Positions 30,757 through 40,908 of a stretch of DNA of 64,000 bases are shown here, piece after piece. Origin of the DNA: Candidatus Limnocylindrales bacterium. GTDB taxonomy: Bacteria > Patescibacteriota > Microgenomatia > Levybacterales > UBA12049. Positions within the stretch are counted from its first letter, which is position 1; every line of letters starts with the position of its first letter. The notes under the pieces are model-generated. The model had not been told where the DNA came from and did no database searches. It saw only the letters and a program-made list of their open reading frames with translations. The stretch covers positions 121,056 to 185,055 of the forward strand of contig DATLDE010000011.1 of NCBI GenBank assembly GCA_035526025.1, written 5' to 3'. A program made the position numbers and the translations under genes.

Positions 30757-31410
30757 ATGTCATCACAACAATTAAAAACTCAAGCAATACAAACTGCGCT
30801 CACTGGTGACTGGGACAATGCGATTCTCCTGAATGAACAGATATTAAAAGACGATCCTGACGATATAGCAACACTCAACAGAATAGGCTTTGCTCACCTC
30901 AGCTTAGGAAATATAAAAGATGCTAGAAATGTATATGAAAAAGTATTATCCCTGGACATGAAAAATCCTATTGCCCTACGAAATATTAAGAGGCTAAATG
31001 GTGGAAATATTTTAAAAACAAATATACAACTTAATAATTTATTTATTGAGGAAACAGGGAAAACAAAAATAATTGAATTGGTAAATATTGCTGATAAAAA
31101 AGTAGTTTCTCATCTACGATCAGGAGAAAAGATATCTATAAGAATAAAACGTAATAAAATTTTTGCACTTGATTCAGATGAAAAATTCCTTGGCATGCTA
31201 CCCGATGACGTATGTAAAAGACTAACGGAATTCATGAATGGTGGAAATATATATGATGCATACATCTGGGCTTCTAACGAAAGTAAAATTTCTATATTTA
31301 TAAGAGAAATTAAAAGGGCAAAAAAATATACTAATCAGCCTTCCTTTGTATCAAATGAGAAAACAAAATTATCTATTGAGAAAACTCATCCAACAACGGA
31401 TCATCTCTGA
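30757..31410 (+). CDS. TPR-containing protein
   Basis: N-terminal TPR (ATLNRIGFAH..LG....A...Y..VL.LD..N.IA), then FIEETGKTK domain. Confidence 0.8.
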   Translation: MSSQQLKTQAIQTALTGDWDNAILLNEQILKDDPDDIATLNRIGFAHLSLGNIKDARNVYEKVLSLDMKNPIALRNIKRLNGGNILKTNIQLNNLFIEETGKTKIIELVNIADKKVVSHLRSGEKISIRIKRNKIFALDSDEKFLGMLPDDVCKRLTEFMNGGNIYDAYIWASNESKISIFIREIKRAKKYTNQPSFVSNEKTKLSIEKTHPTTDHL

Positions 31411-31541
31411 AATATTACTTTATTACGCTTAAGCTCTTTTTTAATTTTATTTACCTCATCCATCTTATTTTGTTTTTTCAAAGAAAATAATGCCCATATT
31501 ATGGAGAGAAGAGCAATAATTATAATTACGATAACAAACAT
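31401..31541 (-). CDS. Small membrane protein, 46 aa (not in ORF track)
   Basis: MFVIVIIIIALLSIIWALFSLKKQNKMDEVNKIKKELKRNKVIFQR, directly downstream of the LytR_C gene. Confidence 0.65.
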   Translation of the reverse strand: MFVIVIIIIALLSIIWALFSLKKQNKMDEVNKIKKELKRNKVIFQR

Positions 31542-31558
31542 ATCAAATCCTCAAATAT

Positions 31559-32371
31559 TTATAGACCAGAATATTTTTTATAATCTTCCCCTATTATTAT
31601 AACTATGTCGGCAATTGTTTTGCTATCTGTCTTTTTTAGAGGATATCTTAAAATCTTATGAAGCTTATTACTAGTATAACTATTTCGCACAAAATAATCT
31701 ATTATGGAATTAGGACTTTTGCTTCTTGATGAGGATACAGATACTACATTTCCTCCTCTATTTAGAATAACACGCTCAAGATTTTGACCAAGACCTGGTA
31801 TTTCTGTTGAATTTATTATCTGAATACTGAGATTTTCAGATACTAAATTACTGTCAGTAAAAAGAGTCTTAATTTGTTGATCGATGAGTATTTTATCTGT
31901 AAGGGCTGTAATATTTTCTTTCTTGATATTATTTTCAGAAACATTTTTTGAGATAAACCACAACCTAATTTTGTCAAAGATTGTCAGATCAGATCTTATA
32001 CCGTCTGCTACATTTATTGATTTCAAGAAAAATGTGTCAGTGGAATTTGCATCTAAATAATCTACAGAATCAATATATGACTCACTTATTAGTCCCAACT
32101 TTGCAGCAAGGTTATCCAATGGGATATTTACTTTATCAGTCTTGAGAATTGAAATTATTTTTTTGCTGGAATCAACGCCTATAATTGAAACTATTTTCTT
32201 ATTTTGTGAAACTGCAACCGTAATATTGCTACCATCAAACCTACTCTGACTTAATATAAAAAAACTACGCACAACAAGCGCACCACCCACTATCAATGCA
32301 ACAATAATGAAGTATACAAAAAAAGTCTTCAAGCTATTATTGTTCTCTGTGCTTGCATGATTTTTTTTCAT
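31559..32371 (-). CDS. LytR C-terminal domain membrane protein
   Basis: N-terminal TM; IQIINST..PGLG, ADIVIIIGEDY. Confidence 0.8.
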   Translation of the reverse strand: MKKNHASTENNNSLKTFFVYFIIVALIVGGALVVRSFFILSQSRFDGSNITVAVSQNKKIVSIIGVDSSKKIISILKTDKVNIPLDNLAAKLGLISESYIDSVDYLDANSTDTFFLKSINVADGIRSDLTIFDKIRLWFISKNVSENNIKKENITALTDKILIDQQIKTLFTDSNLVSENLSIQIINSTEIPGLGQNLERVILNRGGNVVSVSSSRSKSPNSIIDYFVRNSYTSNKLHKILRYPLKKTDSKTIADIVIIIGEDYKKYSGL

Positions 32372-32424
32372 ATATTTAAGTATATCAAAATTTTACACAT
32401 GAGGGATAAGACCTAATAATGATT

Positions 32425-33177
32425 TCAAGAATTATCCTGTAAATGCTCAACTGCATCAGTGAGCTCTGAAGGGAGTCCGCTTGAAAATGAAACATTCTTT
32501 TGATTTTTTGGATGTAAAAACGAAATTCCTGCTGCATGCAAAAATACTCGAGGCAGTACTTTTCTATCCTTTCTTGAGGTCTTACGTCCAGCATATAAAA
32601 AATCAGAAAAAATAGGATGCCCAATATACTTTAAATGAACTCTGATCTGATGGGTTCTACCTGATTGTGGATATAACTCAACAAGCGACAGATACTCTTT
32701 TAATTTACTAATATATATGTGCTGAAGAACTTTATAATCTGTTCTAGATTCTCTTCCACCTGGTATTATTCCAAATTGTTTCCTATTCCATGGCAACCTT
32801 CCAACTGGAACATTTATTTCTCCTTTATCTGGGGATATCTTACCATGAGCTAATGAAACGTAAGTTTTTTTAATAGTCCTCTCCTTAAACTGTTTTTGTA
32901 GATTTATAAATGCTGATTCGCTCTTAGCAATTAGCAAAATTCCTGATGTTTCTTTATCTAAACGGTGAACAATTCCACCTCTATTATAAAAATCGCTTTC
33001 TGAATTTTCATCCGACATTTCGGAATTAATTTTCAGTTTATGTTCAGCCCAATCTTGAACTGTAATTTCATTAACTGTTGTTTCTGATTTATTAACTGTT
33101 ATTCCTGCAGGCTTATCAACAATTAATAATTCGTCGTCTTCATGTATTATTTTTATAAGATCAGTATATGAATTCAT
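32425..33177 (-). CDS. RluA family pseudouridine synthase
   Basis: DKPAG, HRLDKETSG, GRTHQIRVH, LHA. Confidence 0.95.
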   Translation of the reverse strand: MNSYTDLIKIIHEDDELLIVDKPAGITVNKSETTVNEITVQDWAEHKLKINSEMSDENSESDFYNRGGIVHRLDKETSGILLIAKSESAFINLQKQFKERTIKKTYVSLAHGKISPDKGEINVPVGRLPWNRKQFGIIPGGRESRTDYKVLQHIYISKLKEYLSLVELYPQSGRTHQIRVHLKYIGHPIFSDFLYAGRKTSRKDRKVLPRVFLHAAGISFLHPKNQKNVSFSSGLPSELTDAVEHLQDNS

Positions 33178-33815
33178 TTTTGTATTTTAAGTAAAAAAGG
33201 TATACTTGCTAACAACATTAGAACCAGAATAACTGATTCAACTGAAATAATATTAGTTCTCTCGTAAAGTGCGCTAAACACTGAGGTAGCTATAGAAAAA
33301 GATGAATAAAAGACTATAAAGAAAACACTTAGACTCCCCTCTCTTATACTTCTACTCATAATTCGTGGGAATAACTTCTTTTTGAAATAAATAGCTACTA
33401 ATAAATAAATAAAAGCTTTTGCAAAATACAAATAACGTTGCATGTCGCTACCTATTACTCCTTGGAGGAATAACCAAAATGTTGCAGCTGATAAAAAACT
33501 AATTGTAAAAAAATCAAAAAATCTTCCAAGAGGGATTCTTTTATACTTCGCTATCAGAAATAACATTATAGAAGTAATTAGAATAGAAAATGTTAGTTGC
33601 TCATTCTTATTATGAGCTACAAAGTGTAGAAAAAACCAGTTAGCGAATATTGCTACAAATGAGTAATCAAAAAAATGATCAAGTTTTATATTTCGCCTAA
33701 AAAATACATGATCGTCTTTAACCAACTTAAAAATTGTGTATAAGAATATGAAAAACGATGGTATAAATATTAATATTTGCATAATCCTATTTACTAAATA
33801 TCCATGTAAATCCAA
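33174..33815 (-). CDS. Membrane protein (remote Lgt-like possible)
   Basis: Multiple TM helices; start uncertain. Confidence 0.55.
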   Translation of the reverse strand: MDLHGYLVNRIMQILIFIPSFFIFLYTIFKLVKDDHVFFRRNIKLDHFFDYSFVAIFANWFFLHFVAHNKNEQLTFSILITSIMLFLIAKYKRIPLGRFFDFFTISFLSAATFWLFLQGVIGSDMQRYLYFAKAFIYLLVAIYFKKKLFPRIMSRSIREGSLSVFFIVFYSSFSIATSVFSALYERTNIISVESVILVLMLLASIPFLLKIQK

Positions 33816-35043
33816 GGAGTATAAGACCTACCCCAATTCCAGTGATTACTGCACCTACGCCTATTAAATCAGACAGGCTTCCTGCAAGTACTATTGGAAA
33901 GAGAGAGAGTAATCCAATAATACTATTTAAAAAACCATATATTTTTCCTCTTATTTCGTCAGTAGTTTTTTCTTGAAGAATTGTGTTTGCTGGTACGAAA
34001 ACAAATGAATTTGCTACTCCAATTACAAAAGCAAGTACCACCATTATATGTAATATGTTAATTTCTAAAATAGGCGGAAGAGATAAATTTAAAGTCTGCG
34101 CAAAAGCTCTTGACGCAACTTTAGAACCATATGGAAGCAGTAGCAAAGCTATACCAGACATAAATATTCCTGTTGCTATCAACTTATTTTTTTTATAACT
34201 GTGGAAATAATGAACTAATATCACACCTCCTATAACTGTTCCTAGGGCAGCAGGAGCTGCAAATAGTAAAGCGAAATCCTCTATAGGTATTTTCAAAATT
34301 TCCTGCGAATACCCTGGAGCAATAGTTGCTATAGTCAGAGTTAAAATTTGCGAAAAAGCTAATAAAAAAAGCGAACTGGAAATTTCTTTTGTTTTAGACA
34401 TAAGAGAAAATGTAGACCTAACATCTTTTAAGAAATTCGGTTTTGTAGTTATATTTTTACTCTTAATGGGTGTACGCATTTTGATCAACGATATAGCAAA
34501 TGCACCAAGTAGTAATAAAATTGATAAGAGAATTAATGTTTTGGCAGGTTTTAAAATGAGCAATACAGGACCGGATAAAACATATGCGATTAATATTGAT
34601 CCAAATATTGCCATCCCGAATAATGCATTTGCTGAAAGCAAATTATCTTCTTTCACTGTTAATGGGATCATCGGTGACTCTGCAGGAATAACAAATTGCA
34701 CCAAGACTGTAATAAATAGAGAAATTAAATAAATCATTACCAGATTATTTAGGAAAAATATCATGCATATAAGCAAAACCGCGCGAAGGATATTTGAAAT
34801 TATAAGTACGCGTTTTTTATCCCACCTGTCTACATATACCCCAGCAATTGATCCAAAAAATATCGCAGGCAGCGTAAATGTCAGAACAGCACCTGAAACA
34901 GCTGTATTAGAATTTGTTATCTTGAAGACCAAAAGTATTAAAAAAAAATTAAATAAATGTGTTGGGATTTGAGTAAAAATTTCACCTATCCAGAAATAAA
35001 AAAAGGGCTTTTCTTTGAGAGCACCAAATGTGTTATTCTTCAT
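33787..35043 (-). CDS. MFS transporter (DHA3-like)
   Basis: About 12 TM helices, AGVYVDRWDKK motif A, LQE.T....RGK..G. Confidence 0.92.
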   Translation of the reverse strand: MKNNTFGALKEKPFFYFWIGEIFTQIPTHLFNFFLILLVFKITNSNTAVSGAVLTFTLPAIFFGSIAGVYVDRWDKKRVLIISNILRAVLLICMIFFLNNLVMIYLISLFITVLVQFVIPAESPMIPLTVKEDNLLSANALFGMAIFGSILIAYVLSGPVLLILKPAKTLILLSILLLLGAFAISLIKMRTPIKSKNITTKPNFLKDVRSTFSLMSKTKEISSSLFLLAFSQILTLTIATIAPGYSQEILKIPIEDFALLFAAPAALGTVIGGVILVHYFHSYKKNKLIATGIFMSGIALLLLPYGSKVASRAFAQTLNLSLPPILEINILHIMVVLAFVIGVANSFVFVPANTILQEKTTDEIRGKIYGFLNSIIGLLSLFPIVLAGSLSDLIGVGAVITGIGVGLILLGFTWIFSK

Positions 35044-35600
35044 GACTGAGCTTTTTCTGTATATGCTCCTGTTCTGGTATCCACTTTAATTAAATCCCCT
35101 ACGCTTATAAATAAAGGAACTTTTGTTTTGATATTATTCTCAAGTATTGCCTCTTTAAATACATTTGTCGCTGAGTTGCCTTTTGCCCCAGGCGCAGTTT
35201 CTATAACTTTAAAAACCATTTTTGGTGGAAGCAAAACAGATAGAGGTTTTCCATCCAATATTGATACTGGAAAAGTCTCTCCTTCTTTAAGATATTCGTT
35301 ATCTGGAACAAGCTCAATTGGGATATTAACCTGTTCGAACGTGCTAGGATCCATAAAAAATACCTCGCTGTCATCTTTATACAGATATTGCATTTCCCTT
35401 TTATTTACAGGAATATCTGAGACCTTTGCTCCATTTGTGTAGCCTTTTTCTGTCGTGGATCCTGTTTTGAGATTTCTGACTTTTACTTTTATATTTGCAC
35501 TGCCCCTACCCATTTTTATGTGCTCGTATGAAACCACAGTAAAATACTGTCCATCTTCTTCATAAGTTGTGCCTGCTCTAAGCTCAGTTACTGATATCAT
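35040..35600 (-). CDS. efp: Elongation factor P
   Basis: EHIKMGRGSA, MQYLY.D, FMD..TFEQ, VPLFI..GD..KVDTRTG.Y. Confidence 0.96.
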   Translation of the reverse strand: MISVTELRAGTTYEEDGQYFTVVSYEHIKMGRGSANIKVKVRNLKTGSTTEKGYTNGAKVSDIPVNKREMQYLYKDDSEVFFMDPSTFEQVNIPIELVPDNEYLKEGETFPVSILDGKPLSVLLPPKMVFKVIETAPGAKGNSATNVFKEAILENNIKTKVPLFISVGDLIKVDTRTGAYTEKAQS

Positions 35601-35645
35601 AATACAATCAATTTTAACAGTTTTCTAGGCATTTTACCAGAGTCA

Positions 35646-38210
35646 CTAGCTCTGAGGAGAATTCAGGAATTCTTCAATACTTTCATAGTCTCTTTTCAGC
35701 CATTCATCATTTGACTCTATTTTTTCAATTACTTGCTTAATAGTTCGCTCAGCGCCAGGTGCACCATGAATTTTGAAAAATTTTTCAACTTCCAATGAAT
35801 TCTCTTTTTTTGTAAAAAATTCAACAGGCTCAACAAATCTTGAAAATAGATGACCACCACTATAGCGCTTAACAATTTGATCCCAATTACGCTTCAGAAA
35901 ATCCCAAGCAAGTGGCTTTCCGTATGGGTTCATAAATATAAAATATATAGACTTAAATGAGTCCTGAGTGCGCACTTCCGTTGAAAAACCTAACTCCAAA
36001 GTATTTGTAAGAAGCTTTTTTTGCTTGAAACTGCACAGTGATTTAAAAATACGATCTTTTTCTTCCTGCAGCGCTTCCTCTCGATATAGTTTTAATAAGT
36101 CATTATATATCTGCTCATTTCCATATCTGGCAACAATTGAGTACACGACTCCTCTCAAATCAGATTCAATCTGCTTCTTTTCTTTTACTATCTGCTCAAA
36201 CATTTCTTGAGCAGTTCTTATAGTATTTCCATCTCCATATTTCCCAAGGCTGGATAATATTACGCTTCTTAAAAGAGTTGTGCTATGACTTTCATTATCG
36301 GCCTTTTCCCATCCTACCTTTTTACCGATATCTTTTAAAATATTCAAAGCATATTTTTCGAAACAATTATAAACTTTTTCTTCGGAGAGAAGATTGCTTA
36401 AACTTGCAAGCTGCGACGCAATTTCTGACCAGACAATATAACTTTCTTCTCCCTTGTATGAAGCGTATGCAGTTAATGCTTGTACTGTTGATATCTGTCC
36501 AGCTTCTGACAAAACCATTAAATCCCTGATAATCCCAAATCTATCAATTGTTGACAATTCATTTCCTTCTATCGCTTTTAATAAGTTTATTAAATTCTGC
36601 ATCGAGTACCCAACTCTAACCATGCTCGATTCACCGGCATTAAGCTTTATCCATTCTGACTTCGAATTAACAGGAAGGATAATTTTCTGTTTATCTATTA
36701 AATGATATTCTGGTTCTTTATTTAATTCTGAAATATAATTCATTGGGATATCCCAAATGGTATTATCTTTAGATTTTTTCTGTGAATGGATACTTGAAAA
36801 AAACCTGGATTGGGAAAGAACTATTTCATCATTTGTGTTCTTAACTGTGATCAGTGGGTAGCCGGGTTTTTGTGTCCAATTATTCATAATTTTTTCAACA
36901 GGCTTCCCAGAAACTTTCTCAAGCGCATTCCACAAATCAGAAGTTGAGGCATTACTGTAAGAGTGCTTTTTGAGATATACCTGCAATCCCTTTCTAAACA
37001 CATCTGGACCCAAATATTCTGCAAGCATTCTGATAATTGTTGCTCCTTTGGAATAACTGACAGAATCAAATATTTCGCTAATTTCAGTAGGATTGTGCAC
37101 TTCAACTTCAATTGAATGAGTATTTTCAAGTCCATCCAAGTCCAACGCGCGACTTTGATCCATATAAACAAATTGGGTCCACATGTCCCACTCAGGGAAA
37201 ATATGATCTACTGCAAAATACTCTATGTATGAAGCAAATCCCTCATTAAGCCAAAGATGTGTCCACCATTCCATGGTCACAAGATTTCCAAACCATTGAT
37301 GTGCAAGTTCATGTGCAATTACAATAGCGACCCATTGCTTATTTACTGTAGAAGTATTTATTGGATCAACCAATAGAGCAGTTTCACGATAGGTCACAGC
37401 TCCCCAATTTTCCATAGCACCAGCTGCAAAATCCGGTATAGCGATTAAATCCATAACTGGAAGTGGGTAAGGAATTTTAAAATAGTCGGAGAAAAATGAG
37501 AGAGTCTTTACTGCTACTCCAAGTGCAAATTCTGCCTGTTCTTTTTTCCCTGGAGTTACAAATACCCTAACAAGAGTCCCCTCTTTCGTCTTCTTCTCAA
37601 TATGCACAAATTTCCCAACAACAAAAGCCAAAAGATATGTAGACATTTTCGGAGTAGGATCAAATGTCACCGCTTTAAATCCGACTTCCTGCTCTACAAT
37701 CTTATTGGCTATTGTATTAGAAATCGCAGTGTATTCTTCAGGCACAATAAGAGTTATTTTAAAAATCGCTTTCAGTGCGGGTTCATCAAAGCATGGGAAA
37801 GCACGTCTTGCATCGGTTGATTCAAATTGTGTAACTGCTATAAAATTTTCTACTGAATCAACTAAGTATTTACTTTTGTAAAAACCTCTCATTTTGTCAT
37901 TTAAGATTCCTGTGAACTCTATGCTTAGCTTTCCCTTTCCCTCAGACAATTCTGTGGGAAAATCAAACCTAGCTGTTTCGGTAGATTTATCAAAAGTAAC
38001 TATTCCCTCAATTGAATCGTTATAAATAACATTTTGTATTTCTAATTCATCAGAGTGAATTTGGAGATGATTTGTAGATTTTTTTAAATCAATTATTATT
38101 TCTTCTTCACCCTTAAAGGTAAAAGTTGAAAAATCCGGCTGAACAGTAATAGAATATTCAAGAGGAATAACGTCTTTAGATAAGCGAACATTTTTTTTAT
38201 TTGACAGCAT
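35646..38210 (-). CDS. pepN: M1 family aminopeptidase N (ERAP1-like C-terminus)
   Basis: TQFE..DARRAFPCFDEP, GAMENWG, HELAH...NEG, YSKG; start taken at MLSNKK. Confidence 0.95.
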   Translation of the reverse strand: MLSNKKNVRLSKDVIPLEYSITVQPDFSTFTFKGEEEIIIDLKKSTNHLQIHSDELEIQNVIYNDSIEGIVTFDKSTETARFDFPTELSEGKGKLSIEFTGILNDKMRGFYKSKYLVDSVENFIAVTQFESTDARRAFPCFDEPALKAIFKITLIVPEEYTAISNTIANKIVEQEVGFKAVTFDPTPKMSTYLLAFVVGKFVHIEKKTKEGTLVRVFVTPGKKEQAEFALGVAVKTLSFFSDYFKIPYPLPVMDLIAIPDFAAGAMENWGAVTYRETALLVDPINTSTVNKQWVAIVIAHELAHQWFGNLVTMEWWTHLWLNEGFASYIEYFAVDHIFPEWDMWTQFVYMDQSRALDLDGLENTHSIEVEVHNPTEISEIFDSVSYSKGATIIRMLAEYLGPDVFRKGLQVYLKKHSYSNASTSDLWNALEKVSGKPVEKIMNNWTQKPGYPLITVKNTNDEIVLSQSRFFSSIHSQKKSKDNTIWDIPMNYISELNKEPEYHLIDKQKIILPVNSKSEWIKLNAGESSMVRVGYSMQNLINLLKAIEGNELSTIDRFGIIRDLMVLSEAGQISTVQALTAYASYKGEESYIVWSEIASQLASLSNLLSEEKVYNCFEKYALNILKDIGKKVGWEKADNESHSTTLLRSVILSSLGKYGDGNTIRTAQEMFEQIVKEKKQIESDLRGVVYSIVARYGNEQIYNDLLKLYREEALQEEKDRIFKSLCSFKQKKLLTNTLELGFSTEVRTQDSFKSIYFIFMNPYGKPLAWDFLKRNWDQIVKRYSGGHLFSRFVEPVEFFTKKENSLEVEKFFKIHGAPGAERTIKQVIEKIESNDEWLKRDYESIEEFLNSPQS

Positions 38211-38273
38211 AAATTGCAGAAAACTGCGCAAAAAGTATATAATATACGAGCTCTAAAAACAAGGCGATAAAGA

Positions 38274-38356
38274 GCCGAGATGGCGGAATGGTATACGCGG
38301 TAGTCTCAAAAACTACTAGTCGCAAGGCTATGGGGGTTCGACTCCCCCTCTCGGCA
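38274..38356 (+). tRNA. tRNA-Leu(CAA)
   Basis: Acceptor GCCGAGA/TCTCGGC, anticodon arm GTAGT-CTCAAAA-ACTAC, long variable arm, GGTTCGACTCC; CCA not encoded. Confidence 0.95.
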
Positions 38357-38364
38357 CAATAAAT

Positions 38365-39198
38365 ATGACACCTAAAAACTTCTCCCAAAACGGCAAGATT
38401 CAGCCAATTGAAAAAGCAAACATTCCATTTTCAAATATAGAATATGCATATGGATATGGAGTATATGAATCACTAAGAATTAGGAATGGAATAGTTTTTT
38501 TTGAAAAACAACATATCGATAGACTCATAAATTCTGCATCAATTTTAGAAATCGAACATCCCTTCACCAAAGAAATTATTTCTGAAAGTATCTCAAATTT
38601 AATAATACTTGAAGCACCAAGTACTTGCAATTTGAAAATATTACTTATCGGTGGGAAATCGCCTAGCGATGCAAAACTAAATATATTTCTTCTTAATCCC
38701 CTTTTCCCTGATCGCAAATTATATTCAGACGGCATGAATACTATTACATATAAATACCAAAGATTGTTTCCAAATGCAAAAACATTAAGCATGCTGGGAA
38801 GCTACATGGCATACAAAAAAGCAAAGGAAAATAATTGTTATGACGCTTTACTGATCGATGAAAATAAAAATATAATCGAAGGAACCAGAACAAATTTTTT
38901 TGCAATGAAAGGTAAAAAAATATTTACAGCACCAAAAGAAAAAATACTTGAGGGAATTACTAGGGAAATTGTTATACTCCTGGCTAAAGAAGATGACTAT
39001 GAAATTATTGAAGATGAAATATCAATAAATAAACTTTCAAGTTATGACTCAGCGTTTCTCACAAGTACCAGCTCAAAAATCATTCCGGTAAAGAATATTG
39101 ACAGTCATAAATTTACAAACATTTCTGATGAACTTAGAAATTTAATGAATTTGTACGATAAATTCCTAGAAAGCTCAAATGGGGTCTTTGATTTTTGA
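38365..39198 (+). CDS. Aminotransferase class IV (IlvE/Dat/PabC family)
   Basis: YGYGVYESLR, H.DRL..SA, AKT, EG.RTNFF, LEGITR, TSTS. Confidence 0.9.
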   Translation: MTPKNFSQNGKIQPIEKANIPFSNIEYAYGYGVYESLRIRNGIVFFEKQHIDRLINSASILEIEHPFTKEIISESISNLIILEAPSTCNLKILLIGGKSPSDAKLNIFLLNPLFPDRKLYSDGMNTITYKYQRLFPNAKTLSMLGSYMAYKKAKENNCYDALLIDENKNIIEGTRTNFFAMKGKKIFTAPKEKILEGITREIVILLAKEDDYEIIEDEISINKLSSYDSAFLTSTSSKIIPVKNIDSHKFTNISDELRNLMNLYDKFLESSNGVFDF

Positions 39199-39767
39199 GA
39201 TATTAACACCTAACTTTTTCAATTCATTTGCAACCTCATGAACTGGCAATCCCAAAACACTTGAATAATCACCTTCAAATTTTTCTACAAAAATGTCTTT
39301 TACATCTTGTATCCCATAAGCCCCTGCTTTATCAAAAGGATGAAACTGATCAATATAATTCTCTATTTCGAATTTATCTAACTTTCTAAACCAAACTTTA
39401 TTTTTTAATGATTTGCTAATAATTTTTTCTGATTTCTTATCAAGAATTACAAAACCAGTAATTACACTATGCATTTTCCCACTTAACATTTCCAGCATTT
39501 TTATAGCATCTTCACTGTCTTTTGGTTTGCCCAAAACCAAATCTCCGATCACAACTGTTGTATCTGCAGCAATTATAATTGAGTCTGACGCTCTAAATGA
39601 CACATTCTTTGCTTTTTGCATTGCGATATTTAATGCTTGCTGAGTGGATTTCAAAGCGGGATCTAAAACTTCTTCGATATTGCTAACAACCACTTCAAAT
39701 TCTATTCCAAGTTTTTTAAGAAGCATTTTTCTTCTCGGAGAACCCGATGCAAGTATAATTTTTTCAT
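39175..39767 (-). CDS. maf: Maf nucleoside-triphosphate pyrophosphatase; start ATG out of frame by one base in an A6 run
   Basis: IILASGSPRR, ADT.V, LGKP, LSGK.H, DKAGAYGIQ, VLGLP; see findings. Confidence 0.88.
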
Positions 39768-39771
39768 AATT

Positions 39772-40899
39772 CTAATTTAGTACACTACGCTTGGTTGTAG
39801 AAGCCAATCCAACCAGTAAATCATAAGGTATAGTTTGACACAACCGCGACGCACTCAAAATGGAATTCTTTTCTTTAATTTTATTTGAGTATACAACTAC
39901 AGAATCTCCTACTGATGGGCTTTTTATATTACTTAAATCGATAAGAGTTATATTCATGCTTACCCTTCCTATTACTGGACAAAGTTGGTTATTAACAGTA
40001 ACAAACCCCGAATTTGAAAGTCTTCTATCGACCCCATCAAAATAGCCTACGGGCAGAACACCAATAGTCATTTTTTTCTTAGCAATATATGTAAAATTAT
40101 ATCCAATCCCTTCTCCTTTAAGAATATTTTTAACTTGATTTATTTTTGTTTTAAACTCAAGAGCTGGCTGTAGTTTTGTATTTACTTTTTCTGGATCTAT
40201 TCCATATATCGCAATACCGCACCTGGCAAGGTTTCCTATTTTTTTCTTGTATTTTCTATAATTTAACACTGCCGATGAATTTCCAAGATGCACCCATTTG
40301 GGAAAAATACCTGCTGTACTGCAGATCAATTGAGCTTTTTTAAAATTTTTTACTTGCCGTGTAGTTTTTGAATTATCAAATTTCTCAGACGCTGCCAGAT
40401 GAGACATCAATCCATCTACTCTCATGTTTCCAAATGATTTTATATAATCCAAGAAAGTCGCTAGTTCCTCTATCCGTATGCCTTCCCTGCTCATTCCCGT
40501 ATCAACAAATATATGAATTCCAGCATGTGATTGATATTTACTAATTGCTTCAATCATATCCATACTTGAAACAGCATATGAAAAAGGAAGTTTTTTTATC
40601 TTCAAATTTTCAGGATCAACATAACCCAAAATAAGTACAGGTGTCTTAATATTATGATTTAACAATTCATATGCTTCGTATAAACTGTCTACGCAGAAAT
40701 ACGCAGCATTTAATTTATCAAGAGCCTTAGCAACCTGTATTAATCCATGTCCATAGGCATTACTTTTTAAAACCGGAACAATATTTAATTCTTTATCAAT
40801 TTTTGCTAGATATGAAAAATTGTTTATCAATGCTGATCTTGAAAGCTCAATTGAATTAAGTGGATGGTATTTATTACCAAGAAATGATCTAAAGCTCAT
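39772..40899 (-). CDS. alr: Alanine racemase
   Basis: VLKSNAYGHG, DTGMSREG, SH, GY.DG, GRVSMN, TIPY. Confidence 0.95.
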   Translation of the reverse strand: MSFRSFLGNKYHPLNSIELSRSALINNFSYLAKIDKELNIVPVLKSNAYGHGLIQVAKALDKLNAAYFCVDSLYEAYELLNHNIKTPVLILGYVDPENLKIKKLPFSYAVSSMDMIEAISKYQSHAGIHIFVDTGMSREGIRIEELATFLDYIKSFGNMRVDGLMSHLAASEKFDNSKTTRQVKNFKKAQLICSTAGIFPKWVHLGNSSAVLNYRKYKKKIGNLARCGIAIYGIDPEKVNTKLQPALEFKTKINQVKNILKGEGIGYNFTYIAKKKMTIGVLPVGYFDGVDRRLSNSGFVTVNNQLCPVIGRVSMNITLIDLSNIKSPSVGDSVVVYSNKIKEKNSILSASRLCQTIPYDLLVGLASTTKRSVLN

Positions 40900-40908
40900 A
40901 AATAGTCA

